This document shows, one piece after another, positions 36,475-47,044 of a stretch of DNA of 64,000 nt. A program made the position numbers and the translations under genes. A model generated the notes under the pieces. The model was not told the DNA's origin. It saw only the letters and a program-made list of their open reading frames with translations, and did not search any database. Position 1 is the first letter of the stretch. Each line of letters starts with the position of its first letter. The stretch is from a bacterium (GTDB lineage Bacteria; Bacillota; Clostridia; Lachnospirales; Lachnospiraceae), in assembly GCA_963658085.1 (NCBI GenBank), contig CAVKOU010000008.1:8-64007 (forward strand). The letters run 5' to 3'.

Positions 36475-38586
36475 TTAAACCTCGAAAATCAAATCTCCAT
36501 AAGAAGGCATTGGCCAATCTTTCTTATCGATGATCATCTCCAGTTTGTCTACCGGTGCACGAAGTGCATCCATTGCCGGAACAACATCGAAGTGATAGAA
36601 TCTTGCCTGCTCTTCACCTTCGTCCATAGCAGCTGCCTTGTCTGTGATCTCTTCCAAAGCACTCAAAGCCTGCTTAGTCTCTACAAGAAGATCAGATACC
36701 TGCTTCAAGATATCGCTCTGAACTACCGGCTCTACTCCAGCTTCCTTTACAGAAAGTACAGTATCTGCCAATGTCTTTGTGCTCTTCATGATAGCCGGAA
36801 TAATCTGCTTGCTTGCCATATCGATCATGGTACGAGCTTCGATGTTGATAGCCTTTGCATAGCTCTCAAACTTAATCTCTGCACGAGATTCAAGCTCTGC
36901 CTTGGTGAATACACCAAACTTCTCGAACATAGCGATATTCTCTTCTTTCACAAGTGAAGGAATTGCCTCAACCATAGACTTAATATTTGGAAGTCCACGC
37001 TTCTCAGCTTCAGCAACCCACTCATCAGAATATCCATTTCCGTTGAATACGATTCTCTGATGCTCTGTGAATAACTTCTTAATATATTCCTGAACAGCTG
37101 TATCGAAGTCCTCTGCTCCCTCAAGAGCATCACAAGCCTCTGCAAAAGCTTCTGCTACGATAGTATTCAGTACAACGTTTGGTCCGGCAATAGAATCTCT
37201 AGATCCTACCATACGGAACTCAAACTTATTTCCTGTAAATGCAAATGGAGATGTTCTGTTACGGTCTGTTGCATCCTTGCTTACGTCCGGCAATGTGCTT
37301 ACGCCAGTCTCCAACTTACCGCCCTTTAAGCTGTGAGTTGCAGATCCTGTGTTAATAAGCTGAAGCATAACGTCCTCTAACTGCTCTCCAAGGAAAATAG
37401 AGATGATAGCCGGAGGTGCCTCATTTGCTCCAAGTCTGTGATCATTTCCCGGATCAGCAGCAGACTCACGAAGAAGATCTGCATGCTTATCTACTGCCTT
37501 TAAGATACAAGCCAGTACCAAAAGGAACTGTGTATTCTCGTGTGGCTTCTTACCTGGATCTAACAGGTTCATTCCATCATCTGTAGTGATGGACCAGTTG
37601 TTGTGCTTACCAGATCCATTTACTCCTGCAAACGGCTTCTCGTGAAGTAAGCATTTCATTCCATGCTGGCATGCTACTCTCTTTAATGTCTGCATTACCA
37701 AGTGGTTGTGATCTACAGCTACGTTAGCCTCAGCATAGATTGGAGCAAGCTCGTGCTGTGCAGGAGCAACCTCATTATGCTGTGTCTTAGCTGTAACACC
37801 AACCTTCCAGAGTTCCTCATTTACATCCTTCATGAAGGCTGCAATTCTCTGACGGATCGTTCCAAAGTAATGATCATCTAATTCCTGTCCCTTCGGTGGC
37901 ATAGCTCCGAAAAGAGTACGTCCTGTGTAGATCAAATCCTTTCTCTGCATGAACTTCTCAGCATCTACCAAGAAATATTCCTGCTCCGGTCCTACAGAAG
38001 GAGTTACCTTCTTTGATGTTGTATTTCCAAAAAGTTTGAGCAGTCTAAGAGACTCTTTATTGATTGCTTCCATAGAACGAAGAAGTGGTGTCTTCTGATC
38101 CAATGCTTCTCCTGTGTAGGAACAGAATGCTGTAGGAATGCAAAGAGTTGCTCCTGCTGCATCATGTCTTACAAATGCCGGTGAAGTACAATCCCAAGCA
38201 GTATAGCCTCTGGCTTCAAATGTTGCACGAAGTCCTCCAGATGGGAAAGATGAAGCATCCGGCTCACCCTTAATAAGTTCCTTACCAGAGAAACTCATAA
38301 GAACCTTGCCATTTGGCAATGGTGAGGAAATGAAGGAGTCATGTTTTTCTGCTGTAACTCCTGTTAAAGGCTGGAACCAGTGAGTATAGTGAGTTGCTCC
38401 CTTCTCGATGGCCCATTCTTTCATCTCATGTGCAATAACATCTGCTGTTGCTAAATCCAGATCCTTGCCTTCTTCAATCGTCTTCTTAAGATCTTTGTAA
38501 ACTTTCTTCGGGAGACGCTCCTGCATAACCGCATCGTTAAATACGTCTTCGCCAAAAATTGCTGATACATTAATCGCTTCGCTCAT
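36475..38586 (-). CDS. glnN: Type III glutamine synthetase
   Basis: About 700 aa, starting FGEDVFN...MQERLPK. Catalytic-domain motifs include [10 protein letters not shown] and [10 protein letters not shown]. Confidence 0.9.
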   Translation of the reverse strand: MSEAINVSAIFGEDVFNDAVMQERLPKKVYKDLKKTIEEGKDLDLATADVIAHEMKEWAIEKGATHYTHWFQPLTGVTAEKHDSFISSPLPNGKVLMSFSGKELIKGEPDASSFPSGGLRATFEARGYTAWDCTSPAFVRHDAAGATLCIPTAFCSYTGEALDQKTPLLRSMEAINKESLRLLKLFGNTTSKKVTPSVGPEQEYFLVDAEKFMQRKDLIYTGRTLFGAMPPKGQELDDHYFGTIRQRIAAFMKDVNEELWKVGVTAKTQHNEVAPAQHELAPIYAEANVAVDHNHLVMQTLKRVACQHGMKCLLHEKPFAGVNGSGKHNNWSITTDDGMNLLDPGKKPHENTQFLLVLACILKAVDKHADLLRESAADPGNDHRLGANEAPPAIISIFLGEQLEDVMLQLINTGSATHSLKGGKLETGVSTLPDVSKDATDRNRTSPFAFTGNKFEFRMVGSRDSIAGPNVVLNTIVAEAFAEACDALEGAEDFDTAVQEYIKKLFTEHQRIVFNGNGYSDEWVAEAEKRGLPNIKSMVEAIPSLVKEENIAMFEKFGVFTKAELESRAEIKFESYAKAINIEARTMIDMASKQIIPAIMKSTKTLADTVLSVKEAGVEPVVQSDILKQVSDLLVETKQALSALEEITDKAAAMDEGEEQARFYHFDVVPAMDALRAPVDKLEMIIDKKDWPMPSYGDLIFEV

Positions 38587-38684
38587 ATATGCTGCTCCTT
38601 TTCTGAATATTGATTCAATTTGTCTCTCATTATAGCATAAGAGTTGTATAATGATAACTGCAAAAAAATGCAGTATGTATAAAA

Positions 38685-38732
38685 GAACAAAAAAGGCGTC
38701 TCCACCCCTAATGAGTGGGAACGCCTTTGTTC
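38685..38732 (-). terminator. Terminator after fba
   Basis: Minus-strand hairpin aaggcgttcccac...gtggagacgcctt followed by a U-run. Confidence 0.75.
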
Positions 38733-38811
38733 TTCTTTATGCCCGTTAGTATAACGCAATCGATTTAAAAAGGCAAGTATATTTTAAAACCTTTTGTGAA
38801 TCAACTAACAA

Positions 38812-39780
38812 TTAAGCCTTTCCGTTACTTCCAAGTACGTTAGTGATCTTATGAGCAACCATGTCCTTAACAGCCTGACGAGCCGGCTTCAAGTACTGAC
38901 GTGGATCGAAGTGATCCGGGTGCTCTGCAAAGTACTTACGGATATTTCCTGTCATAGCAAGACGGATATCTGAGTCGATGTTGATCTTACATACTGACAT
39001 AGTAGCTGCACGACGAAGCTCATCCTCCGGAATACCAATAGCATCTGGCATATTTCCGCCATACTGGTTAACCATCTTAACGAATTCCTGTGGAACAGAA
39101 GATGATCCGTGAAGTACGATTGGGAATCCAGGAAGTCTCTTTGTACACTCCTCAAGTACGTCAAAACGAAGCGGAGGTGGAACTAAGATTCCATCAGCAT
39201 TTCTTGTGCACTGAGCAGCTGTAAATTTATATGCGCCATGAGATGTTCCGATAGCGATTGCAAGGGAATCACATCCTGTTTTATCAACGAACTCTTCTAC
39301 TTCTTCCGGACGTGTATAGCTCTCATTACCAGCTTCTACAACAACTTCATCCTCTACACCTGCAAGTGTTCCAAGCTCTGCCTCTACAACTACTCCGTGA
39401 GCGTGAGCATACTCTACTACCTGCTTTGTAAGTGCAATATTGTCCTCAAATGACTTAGAAGATGCATCGATCATAACAGATGTAAATCCGCCATCGATAC
39501 AGCTCTTACATAACTCGAAGCTATCACCGTGATCTAAGTGAAGAGCGATCGGAATGTCTGGATTCTCCTGAACAGCTGCCTCTACTAACTTAACAAGATA
39601 TGTGTGGTTAGCGTAAGCACGTGCTCCCTTAGATACCTGAAGAATAACCGGGCTGTTCAGCTCTCCTGCTGCTTCTGTGATACCCTGTACGATCTCCATG
39701 TTGTTAACGTTAAATGCTCCGATAGCGTAGCCGCCGTCATAGGCTTTTTTAAACATCTCGGTTGTTGTAACCAATCCCAT
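38812..39780 (-). CDS. fba: Class II fructose-1,6-bisphosphate aldolase
   Basis: Motifs GAFNVNN, LHLDHG, GTSHGAYKF and LHGSSSVP. Confidence 0.93.
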   Translation of the reverse strand: MGLVTTTEMFKKAYDGGYAIGAFNVNNMEIVQGITEAAGELNSPVILQVSKGARAYANHTYLVKLVEAAVQENPDIPIALHLDHGDSFELCKSCIDGGFTSVMIDASSKSFEDNIALTKQVVEYAHAHGVVVEAELGTLAGVEDEVVVEAGNESYTRPEEVEEFVDKTGCDSLAIAIGTSHGAYKFTAAQCTRNADGILVPPPLRFDVLEECTKRLPGFPIVLHGSSSVPQEFVKMVNQYGGNMPDAIGIPEDELRRAATMSVCKINIDSDIRLAMTGNIRKYFAEHPDHFDPRQYLKPARQAVKDMVAHKITNVLGSNGKA

Positions 39781-40061
39781 AACTAATACCTTCTTTCTTT
39801 ATACTTTTGGCTAATTTTTAACACGCCCTAATTATATCTTACTTCCTATTAAAACTCAAGAATAAAGAATTTTTCGTCACTATTGCGAATGTAGCCTTTG
39901 ATACTTTTTTATTTTTGTACAAATTCTAGTACACTCCTATAATCGGCAAAAAAATTATAATCCAATTCACTAGAGTATATAATCAATCAGGCATTCAAAA
40001 AGACCTCCCATATGTCTCCAGACAACAAAAAAAGAGATCCATAACTATGAATCTCTTCAAG

Positions 40062-40133
40062 TGACTCCGAGGGGAATCGAACCCCTGATTCCAGCGTGAG
40101 AGGCTAGCGTCTTGACCGCTTGACCACGGAGCC
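40062..40133 (-). tRNA. tRNA-Glu (CUC)
   Basis: GGCTCCG...CGGAGTC acceptor stem, anticodon loop CTCTCAC. A terminator hairpin at 40027-40058 lies downstream. Confidence 0.88.
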
Positions 40134-40251
40134 ATATTTCATTTATCTTGCCTGCCGATTTATTTATCACCCGCAAGCAAGATATAATTTACCATAACAT
40201 TTGACACAATGCAAGTGTTTTTTTGAATTTTTTTAAATATTTTTTCAAATC

Positions 40252-40992
40252 CTATATTTCCACGGATTTTTTGATCTCCAAAGCCTTGTCCGGATAGTTG
40301 GTGATAATGGCAGTTACCCCTTCTCGGATCAGCCATTCCATGTCCTCTTTTTCATTGACCGTCCAGACCCGGATGTTCAGACCGCTATCCTGATATTCTT
40401 TCAAGAAATCATCCATCTTCACATGATATACCGCAGGATGCAATCCATATACTCCTGTCGTTTTCGCATAGTCTGCCACATCCAGGATTACATCACTATA
40501 TAAATACGCAACCTCTGCATCCGGAACAATTTCTTTCATCTTCTGGACACTGTAATGATTAAAAGAGGAATAAATCACCCGATCTTCCATTCCACTTTTT
40601 CTCACAAGCTCTGCAACCTTCTGCTCAATATCCGGATACCAGTAAATCCCTGTTTTCAGTTCAATATTCACCTGGATACCGGATGCCTTTACTGCATCCA
40701 GTACTTCTTCCAGGGTTGGAATTTTTGCCGAGGGGTATTTAGGAAATTTTTGTTCTAGCACCGTAAGCTCTTTTAACTCTTTTAAGGTATAGTCCTTGAC
40801 CCATCCCGTTTGCTCTGTAACTCTATCTACAGTTTCATCATGGATCACCACCGGGATTCCATCTTTTGTAAGCTGGACATCTAGTTCGATTCCATGGGCT
40901 TCCTGTGCAATCGCCAGTTCAAAAGCTTCCAGTGTATTTTCCGGTGCATATCCGCTTGCACCTCTGTGTGCAAATATCTTTGTTTTGCTCAA
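40252..40992 (-). CDS. glpQ: Glycerophosphodiester phosphodiesterase
   Basis: Motifs AHRGASGYAPENT, ELDVQLTKDG and VIHD. Confidence 0.9.
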   Translation of the reverse strand: MSKTKIFAHRGASGYAPENTLEAFELAIAQEAHGIELDVQLTKDGIPVVIHDETVDRVTEQTGWVKDYTLKELKELTVLEQKFPKYPSAKIPTLEEVLDAVKASGIQVNIELKTGIYWYPDIEQKVAELVRKSGMEDRVIYSSFNHYSVQKMKEIVPDAEVAYLYSDVILDVADYAKTTGVYGLHPAVYHVKMDDFLKEYQDSGLNIRVWTVNEKEDMEWLIREGVTAIITNYPDKALEIKKSVEI

Positions 40993-41013
40993 TGTTTACC
41001 GCCTCGGTTCTTA

Positions 41014-42402
41014 TTAATTATTTACTGTATTATAGTCTGTAATAGCTTTGTTGATAGACTCAGACATGTTGTCTACTGCCGTATCCACATCTTCTTTTCC
41101 ATTCAGCATACTCTCGATTTCAGACTCAACAGTTGCTCTTGCTTCCGGGAATACACTCAAGAGTGCTCCGCAATATTCCGGTGAAGAATCATGAAGCTGA
41201 TCGATAGCTGTCTGGAACTGAGGATACTGAGCAATATTCTCTTTGAATACATCCTCGTCCTGTGCCTTTGTAGTAACCGGGAAATATCCTGTCTGCGCAT
41301 TCCAGTATGCCTGTGATTCTGGAGAGATCAGGAATTTTACGAATTCCCATGTTGCACGAAGTTTCTTTGAATCCTGATTATTTAACGCCCACAAAGAAGC
41401 ACCACCGATGGATACTCCACCTTCGTCACCGGAAGACACTTTCGGGAAATATGCAGTTCCTACCTCAAATTTTCCATCTACATCCTGTAAGATCTGCTTT
41501 AAAGAAGCAGTAGATCCAAGGGTAATCGCAGATTTACCTGCAGAGAAGTCTGCTAATCCTGCATCCCCACCTTTACCAACGATCGGTGCATATCCGTCAT
41601 CGTTGAGGGTTTTCCATGCAGTCAAAATATTCTTTGCAGCACCATTTTCATCAAAAGCAACTGCTGTTGCAGCATCATCACGACCATTTCCGTTGTTTGC
41701 ATACTCCAGTCCCTGTTTACTGATGAACTGCTCGAAGAACCAGCCATAAATACCAAGGGACATTACTTCGCTGGCGCCGCCTTTACTCATCAACTGATCA
41801 CCAATCTCATCGATTGCTTCCAAGCTATCCGGAATTTCTGTAATTCCAGCTTTTTCGAACATATCTTTATTATAGTACATAATCGGTGTAGATGAGTTAA
41901 AAGGCATAGAATATAATTGATCATCAATAGTATAATATGCTGCAAGATTTGGTTCAATCTCAGACACATCATAATTATCTGCATCGATCATGTCCTGCAT
42001 AGAAACCGTCCAGCCGGACTCAATCATAAAACGAGTACCAATTTCATAAACCTGTACCAGATCTGCACCCATATTTCCAATCTGAGCACTCTTTAATTTA
42101 TTCAGAGAGTCATCATATTCTCCCTGATACTGAGCTTCTACGGTAATTCCATATTCATTTTCATCATTAAATTTTTTGACAAGGGTATCGATGGCCTGGC
42201 CATTTACACCACCCATAGAATGCCAGAATGTAATGGTAGTTCCGTCTACGTCTGATGCATCTGCCATTTCTACGGTTTCACTGCTGTCTGTAGCATCGGA
42301 TGAACCGTCCTGGCTAACAGAAGAGGTTCCTCCTCCGCATCCTGTGAGCATTCCAACAGCCATTGCTGCCACAAGTAATAATGAAACTGTTTTTTTCTTC
42401 AT
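41014..42402 (-). CDS. Sugar-phosphate/carbohydrate ABC substrate-binding lipoprotein (UgpB-like)
   Basis: Lipobox LTGCGGG and a family-1 SBP fold. ATG at 42402 follows AGGAGG. Confidence 0.8.
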   Translation of the reverse strand: MKKKTVSLLLVAAMAVGMLTGCGGGTSSVSQDGSSDATDSSETVEMADASDVDGTTITFWHSMGGVNGQAIDTLVKKFNDENEYGITVEAQYQGEYDDSLNKLKSAQIGNMGADLVQVYEIGTRFMIESGWTVSMQDMIDADNYDVSEIEPNLAAYYTIDDQLYSMPFNSSTPIMYYNKDMFEKAGITEIPDSLEAIDEIGDQLMSKGGASEVMSLGIYGWFFEQFISKQGLEYANNGNGRDDAATAVAFDENGAAKNILTAWKTLNDDGYAPIVGKGGDAGLADFSAGKSAITLGSTASLKQILQDVDGKFEVGTAYFPKVSSGDEGGVSIGGASLWALNNQDSKKLRATWEFVKFLISPESQAYWNAQTGYFPVTTKAQDEDVFKENIAQYPQFQTAIDQLHDSSPEYCGALLSVFPEARATVESEIESMLNGKEDVDTAVDNMSESINKAITDYNTVNN

Positions 42403-42505
42403 AGTTTTCCTCCTGATATTAACACTTCTAATGGATAAACTTGTGTGTAACATTCACACATATATAGAATCGGGAAGGGATAATTTCCCGTTTCTAACAA
42501 AATTA

Positions 42506-43423
42506 TTAACCTTTTACAGCTCCTGAGAACATTCCTCTGATCAGCTGTTTCTGTCCGATGATAAAAATCGAAATGGATGGAATGATGATCATAACTACAC
42601 CTGCGATCATCAATGTAATCGATTGGGAATCCACGCTGTCCAGCATGCTGATACCAATCTGTACCGTTCTCATATTGTTAGAACCTGTTACAAGAAGTGG
42701 CCACATATACATATTCCATGCATTGATAAAGGTATATACTGCCATAGCTCCGATAGCTGATTTGGTAAGCGGAAGCAAAATTTTAATAATGAATTTCAAA
42801 TTACTGCATCCATCCAGCTTCGCCGATTCATATAATGACATAGGGAATGTCATATAGAACTGACGGAATAAGAAAATTCCCATTGCTGATGTAAGATATG
42901 GAATGATCAACACTCCATAGGTATCCAAAATCCCCCAGCTTCCTACGGTCAGGTAATTCGAAATAATCGTTGCTTCTCCGGGAACCATCATGGTTGCCAT
43001 AACAATTGCAAACAAGATTCCTTTTCCCTTAAATTCCAAAAAGGAAAATGCAAATGCAGCCAGAGAGCAGGAAATAATCTGTCCGATAGTAATGCATCCT
43101 GCCATGATAAAGGAATTTAAAATAAATCGAAGAAGCGGAACCGTTGTTAATGCTTCTTTGAAATTCTGCAAAGTAGGATGCGACGGGAAAAGATTTAACT
43201 CCGTTGTAAATAATTCATTGGACGGCATCAGTGCAATACTGATGGCATACAAAAGCGGAAGAAGCACGATAATGGCAAATACAATATTCGCTGTAAGTCG
43301 AAGCGCGGTCTTACCTCTTCTTTTTGCCAGTGCTTTGGCATTCATTTTATTTTTCAATTCCAATAGCTCACTCTGTGAGTATTTTCCCTCCATCGGAATT
43401 GCCATACTGTTTAACTGACTCAT
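42506..43423 (-). CDS. Carbohydrate ABC transporter permease (UgpE-like)
   Basis: Six-TM MalG-type permease with the EAA loop ESAKLDGCSNLKFI. Confidence 0.85.
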   Translation of the reverse strand: MSQLNSMAIPMEGKYSQSELLELKNKMNAKALAKRRGKTALRLTANIVFAIIVLLPLLYAISIALMPSNELFTTELNLFPSHPTLQNFKEALTTVPLLRFILNSFIMAGCITIGQIISCSLAAFAFSFLEFKGKGILFAIVMATMMVPGEATIISNYLTVGSWGILDTYGVLIIPYLTSAMGIFLFRQFYMTFPMSLYESAKLDGCSNLKFIIKILLPLTKSAIGAMAVYTFINAWNMYMWPLLVTGSNNMRTVQIGISMLDSVDSQSITLMIAGVVMIIIPSISIFIIGQKQLIRGMFSGAVKG

Positions 43424-44286
43424 TAGTAATTTACTCCCTTCTTCTCAATACGGAACATCACCAATGTTACGATCATGATAATGATAAACAGGATTACAGA
43501 CTGTGCAGATGCACTTCCGAAACGATAGTTAAAGAATGCATCTCTGTAAATGGAATACACAATTACATTTGTGGATTCGTTTGGTCCGCCTTCTGTCAGG
43601 ATTTTGATCTGTCCAAAAGACTGGAAAGCCTGGATGATGTTTACTACAACGGTATAGAACATAATAGGGGACAATCCCGGGATGGTCAGACTAAAAAACT
43701 GCTGCACGCCGCTTGCTCCGTCTACAGATGCTCTTTCATAAATGGTTTCATCAATATTCCCAAGACCTGCTGAAAAATACAGGAAATTAATTCCACTGTT
43801 TAACCAGGCGGTAAGGATCGCCACACAATACAGAGCTGTGTTCGGATCATTCAGCCAGTTGATATCCAGTCCCAAAAGCTTATTTACGATTCCTACCGAC
43901 GGGTGAAGCATAATCTGAAAGATCATTGCCGCAGAGCTTGATGCGATTGCCATCGGAAGTGCATAAGCGGTACTAAATACCCGGATTCCGGGAAATGCCT
44001 TGTTACAAAGAACTGCTGCCACAAGCCCCAAAAGCATTCCTCCGAATACAACAATGACTACAAAGATCAATGTAACTTTTAAACTGTTTCGAAAAGATGC
44101 TGAGCTAAGCAGATCGATATAGTTTTGAAGACCTACAAAGATTTTTGCCTGTCCCATTTTGTTTGTCATAAACAGGCTCAAGTAAACAGTTTTCACAAAT
44201 GGGTAGAATAAAAATACAGCAAATATTAATAAACTTGGCACCAGGTAAAAGTAAGGTGTTATTTTTATAGTTTTTTCTTTTTTCAT
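43423..44286 (-). CDS. Carbohydrate ABC transporter permease (UgpA-like)
   Basis: MalF-type permease with the EAA loop ERASVDGASGVQQF. Confidence 0.85.
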   Translation of the reverse strand: MKKEKTIKITPYFYLVPSLLIFAVFLFYPFVKTVYLSLFMTNKMGQAKIFVGLQNYIDLLSSASFRNSLKVTLIFVVIVVFGGMLLGLVAAVLCNKAFPGIRVFSTAYALPMAIASSSAAMIFQIMLHPSVGIVNKLLGLDINWLNDPNTALYCVAILTAWLNSGINFLYFSAGLGNIDETIYERASVDGASGVQQFFSLTIPGLSPIMFYTVVVNIIQAFQSFGQIKILTEGGPNESTNVIVYSIYRDAFFNYRFGSASAQSVILFIIIMIVTLVMFRIEKKGVNY

Positions 44287-44288
44287 AT

Positions 44289-45437
44289 TTAATATCCTTT
44301 CCTATACTGATGAAGAATATTTTCTTTTGTTTCTATATCGAATATATGAATCCGTTTCGGATCAAAGTACAGCTCTGCCGTTTCTCCTACTTTTGTCTGA
44401 TTGGAAGGCTCCAGTCTTACTGCATGGGTTCGATTCTGTTCATCAAAATACAGGACCACTTCCGCACCAAGCATTTCTCTGGTAACCACGGTTTCTTTGA
44501 TTCCCACACTGTTTTCTGCAAAACCGCCCGCCAACGCTTCTTCATATTCGTAGATATCTTCCGGTCTGATTCCCATAATCACACGTTTTCCAACGTAATT
44601 TTTCCGAAGGATCTCTTCATTTTCTCCGGACACATATACTTTTTTGATCAGCCCCGTTATTGCAAAGATTAACACAGTCTTGTCGAATTCCTTCTCAACC
44701 TGACATTCAATAAAATTCATAGATGGCGCACCTACAAATCCTGCCACAAATTGATTTACCGGATGATCATAAATATTTTGCGGGGTGTCGACCTGTTGGA
44801 TCAGTCCGTCTTTCATAACAACAATCTTGGTTCCAAGGGTCATCGCTTCCGTCTGATCGTGAGTTACATAAATAATCGTGGTATCTAATTGCTTATGCAG
44901 TTTTTGAAGTTCAACACGCATCTGCGCCCGAAGTTTTGCATCCAGATTGGAAAGAGGTTCATCCATAAGGAATGCTTTCGGATGTCTTATGATGGCTGCT
45001 CCGATGGCTACACGCTGTTTTTGTCCACCGGATAACGCTGCCGGCTTTCGATCTAACAATGATTCAATCCCCAGGATTTCTGCTACTTCCTTTACTTTTT
45101 TATCAATTTCTTTTTTCGGAACCTTTCGGATCTTCAATGCATAAGCAATGTTTCCATAAACTGTCATGTTTGGATACAATGCATAGTTTTGAAAAACCAT
45201 GGACATCTCTCTTTCCTTTGGTTCCAGATAATTACAGAGTTCTCCGTCGATCCAAAGTTCTCCATCCGTAATATCTTCCAATCCTGCAATCAGTCGCAAA
45301 GTTGTAGACTTTCCACAGCCGGAAGGTCCTACGAAGATTACAAATTCTTTATCATGAATATCTAAGGTGAAATCTTTCACCCCGTAATGTTCAGAATCAA
45401 ATTGCTTACAGACATTTCTAAGCGCAATTTCTGCCAT
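44289..45437 (-). CDS. ABC transporter ATP-binding protein (UgpC/MalK-like)
   Basis: [21 protein letters not shown] and FLMDEPLSNLD, plus a C-terminal regulatory domain. ATG at 45437 follows AAGGAGG. Confidence 0.9.
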   Translation of the reverse strand: MAEIALRNVCKQFDSEHYGVKDFTLDIHDKEFVIFVGPSGCGKSTTLRLIAGLEDITDGELWIDGELCNYLEPKEREMSMVFQNYALYPNMTVYGNIAYALKIRKVPKKEIDKKVKEVAEILGIESLLDRKPAALSGGQKQRVAIGAAIIRHPKAFLMDEPLSNLDAKLRAQMRVELQKLHKQLDTTIIYVTHDQTEAMTLGTKIVVMKDGLIQQVDTPQNIYDHPVNQFVAGFVGAPSMNFIECQVEKEFDKTVLIFAITGLIKKVYVSGENEEILRKNYVGKRVIMGIRPEDIYEYEEALAGGFAENSVGIKETVVTREMLGAEVVLYFDEQNRTHAVRLEPSNQTKVGETAELYFDPKRIHIFDIETKENILHQYRKGY

Positions 45438-45591
45438 TTTTTCCTCCTTTACAGCCAACGATGCTTCTTTGTTTTTCGGCTCTTACGTACGTGTAGCATC
45501 GTAACATTTCCACTTATGAAAGCGCTATCATAGTTCGGATAAGAAAAAGTAAAAGAACTGTATAATTTTTTGCCCAAAAGTTAAATAAAAT

Positions 45592-45623
45592 AAAAAAAAT
45601 GAGACAGTCCGCAAACTGTCTCA
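45592..45623 (-). terminator. Terminator after the lipid kinase gene
   Basis: Stem tgagacagt/actgtctca with a U-run on the minus strand. Confidence 0.75.
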
Positions 45624-45663
45624 CTCAAATTTCGTTATGAAGTTCTATATATTTTCTATATAT

Positions 45664-46629
45664 TCATCTACTTGTTTCGTTCTGCATTTTTTTGCGGTAC
45701 TCTCCGCTGACATCCTTCAAGTGTTTTTTCGGTACCATAATCTCAAGCTGTTGCTTTAGATTATTAATCTCAACCTCATCGTGGGAACCTCCGAATTCTC
45801 CATCCAGAGTCCATGGAATTTCCTCAACAGACTCAAAAGTAATATGTCCCGTGCGGAAAGTATACATATGTTTCGAGTCTGCCTGCTCCACCAAAAGAGC
45901 TGCCACAATCTCCTGAAGCTCCAAGGGATTCTTCGGTGTACGGATTAAGGTAACCTCAAAAAGTCCGTCATCAAAAGTTACACTTTTCCCAATCATGTTG
46001 CGGAATCCCCCTACGGATTTGGAGTTGGTAACCATTCCATAAATAAACTCATCCTCTATCGTTTCTCCATCATGGGTCACCTTAATCTTATAGGATGGAA
46101 TATTAAACAATCGCTTGGTACCCTCTAATACATAAGCCAGGTGTCCCAAAACATTCTTCATTTCCTGGGTAGTCTCATAGGAAACATCTGTAAAAAGTCC
46201 AAAAGCAGCTATGTAAGCAAAATAAGTATCATTAAACTGTCCCACATCACAGCCGAAACTGGCTCCGTGGACTGCATTGTCCGCTGCTTTTAATACATTT
46301 CTTGGAATATGCAGACTACAAGCAAAATCGTTGGTGGTGCCGGCCGGAATGTAGCTTACGGGCTTTCGATCCTCAGGAGCTCGTTCCATCATTCCGCTGA
46401 CAATCTCGTCAATGGTTCCGTCTCCTCCGCTACATACGATCATGTCATACATGGCAGGATCATACTCTAAAATTTTCTTATAGGCATCCTGATATCCCTG
46501 GGTCGGATGAGCTACTACCTCGTATCCCCCTTTTACAAATATATCCAGAACCTCTGATAACTGAGGCTTTAAAATCTCTTTACCGGCATGGGGATTAAAT
46601 ATAAAAAGCATTCGTTTCATAGAATTCAC
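45664..46629 (-). CDS. Diacylglycerol/lipid kinase, YegS/BmrU family
   Basis: Motifs FIFNPHAGK, GGDGTIDE and PAGTTNDFA. Confidence 0.88.
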   Translation of the reverse strand: MNSMKRMLFIFNPHAGKEILKPQLSEVLDIFVKGGYEVVAHPTQGYQDAYKKILEYDPAMYDMIVCSGGDGTIDEIVSGMMERAPEDRKPVSYIPAGTTNDFACSLHIPRNVLKAADNAVHGASFGCDVGQFNDTYFAYIAAFGLFTDVSYETTQEMKNVLGHLAYVLEGTKRLFNIPSYKIKVTHDGETIEDEFIYGMVTNSKSVGGFRNMIGKSVTFDDGLFEVTLIRTPKNPLELQEIVAALLVEQADSKHMYTFRTGHITFESVEEIPWTLDGEFGGSHDEVEINNLKQQLEIMVPKKHLKDVSGEYRKKMQNETSR

Positions 46630-46773
46630 CTCTAAACTTTTTCATAAATAACTTCCTATCGTACATATTAAAATCAACAAAAGACATATGATATACATAT
46701 GCCTTTTCTCTTAACTTTTCATCTTCAATTATGTCCACTATAGCATCCTTAAAAGTCTCTTCTTGCAAAATTC

Positions 46774-47028
46774 CTATCTTGCACAAAGAAAACTTTCGAT
46801 TCCCGCAACCGCATCCTTCTCATCGGCTCCGTCTGCGATTACTTCAACGTTTTCACCCTTTTGCAAACGAAGGGACATCATACCCATGATGCTCTTTGCG
46901 TTGATCTTCTTGTCTTCCATCATAATAAATACCTGACTCTGATACTGGCTTGCTTCCTGCACCAGATGTGCAATTGGTCGATCTTCCATCTCCATATTAT
47001 TCTGGATTGTTACCGGTTTTGTAATCAT
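46774..47028 (-). CDS. HPr-family protein lacking His15 (Crh-like, Ser46 retained)
   Basis: MEMEDRPIAHLVQ aligns to GLHARPAxxLVQ with Glu at position 15. The KSIMGMMSL Ser46 site is intact. It lies directly after whiA, as crh does in the B. subtilis yvc operon. Confidence 0.8.
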   Translation of the reverse strand: MITKPVTIQNNMEMEDRPIAHLVQEASQYQSQVFIMMEDKKINAKSIMGMMSLRLQKGENVEVIADGADEKDAVAGIESFLCAR

Positions 47029-47044
47029 ACCAAAGTGTTCCTCC

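Noticed and set aside
46595-46786. A 63-aa ORF bridging the crh-like gene and the lipid kinase gene.
   Set aside because: It overlaps the ends of both flanking genes, lies in AT-rich spacer, and has no SD or recognisable motif.
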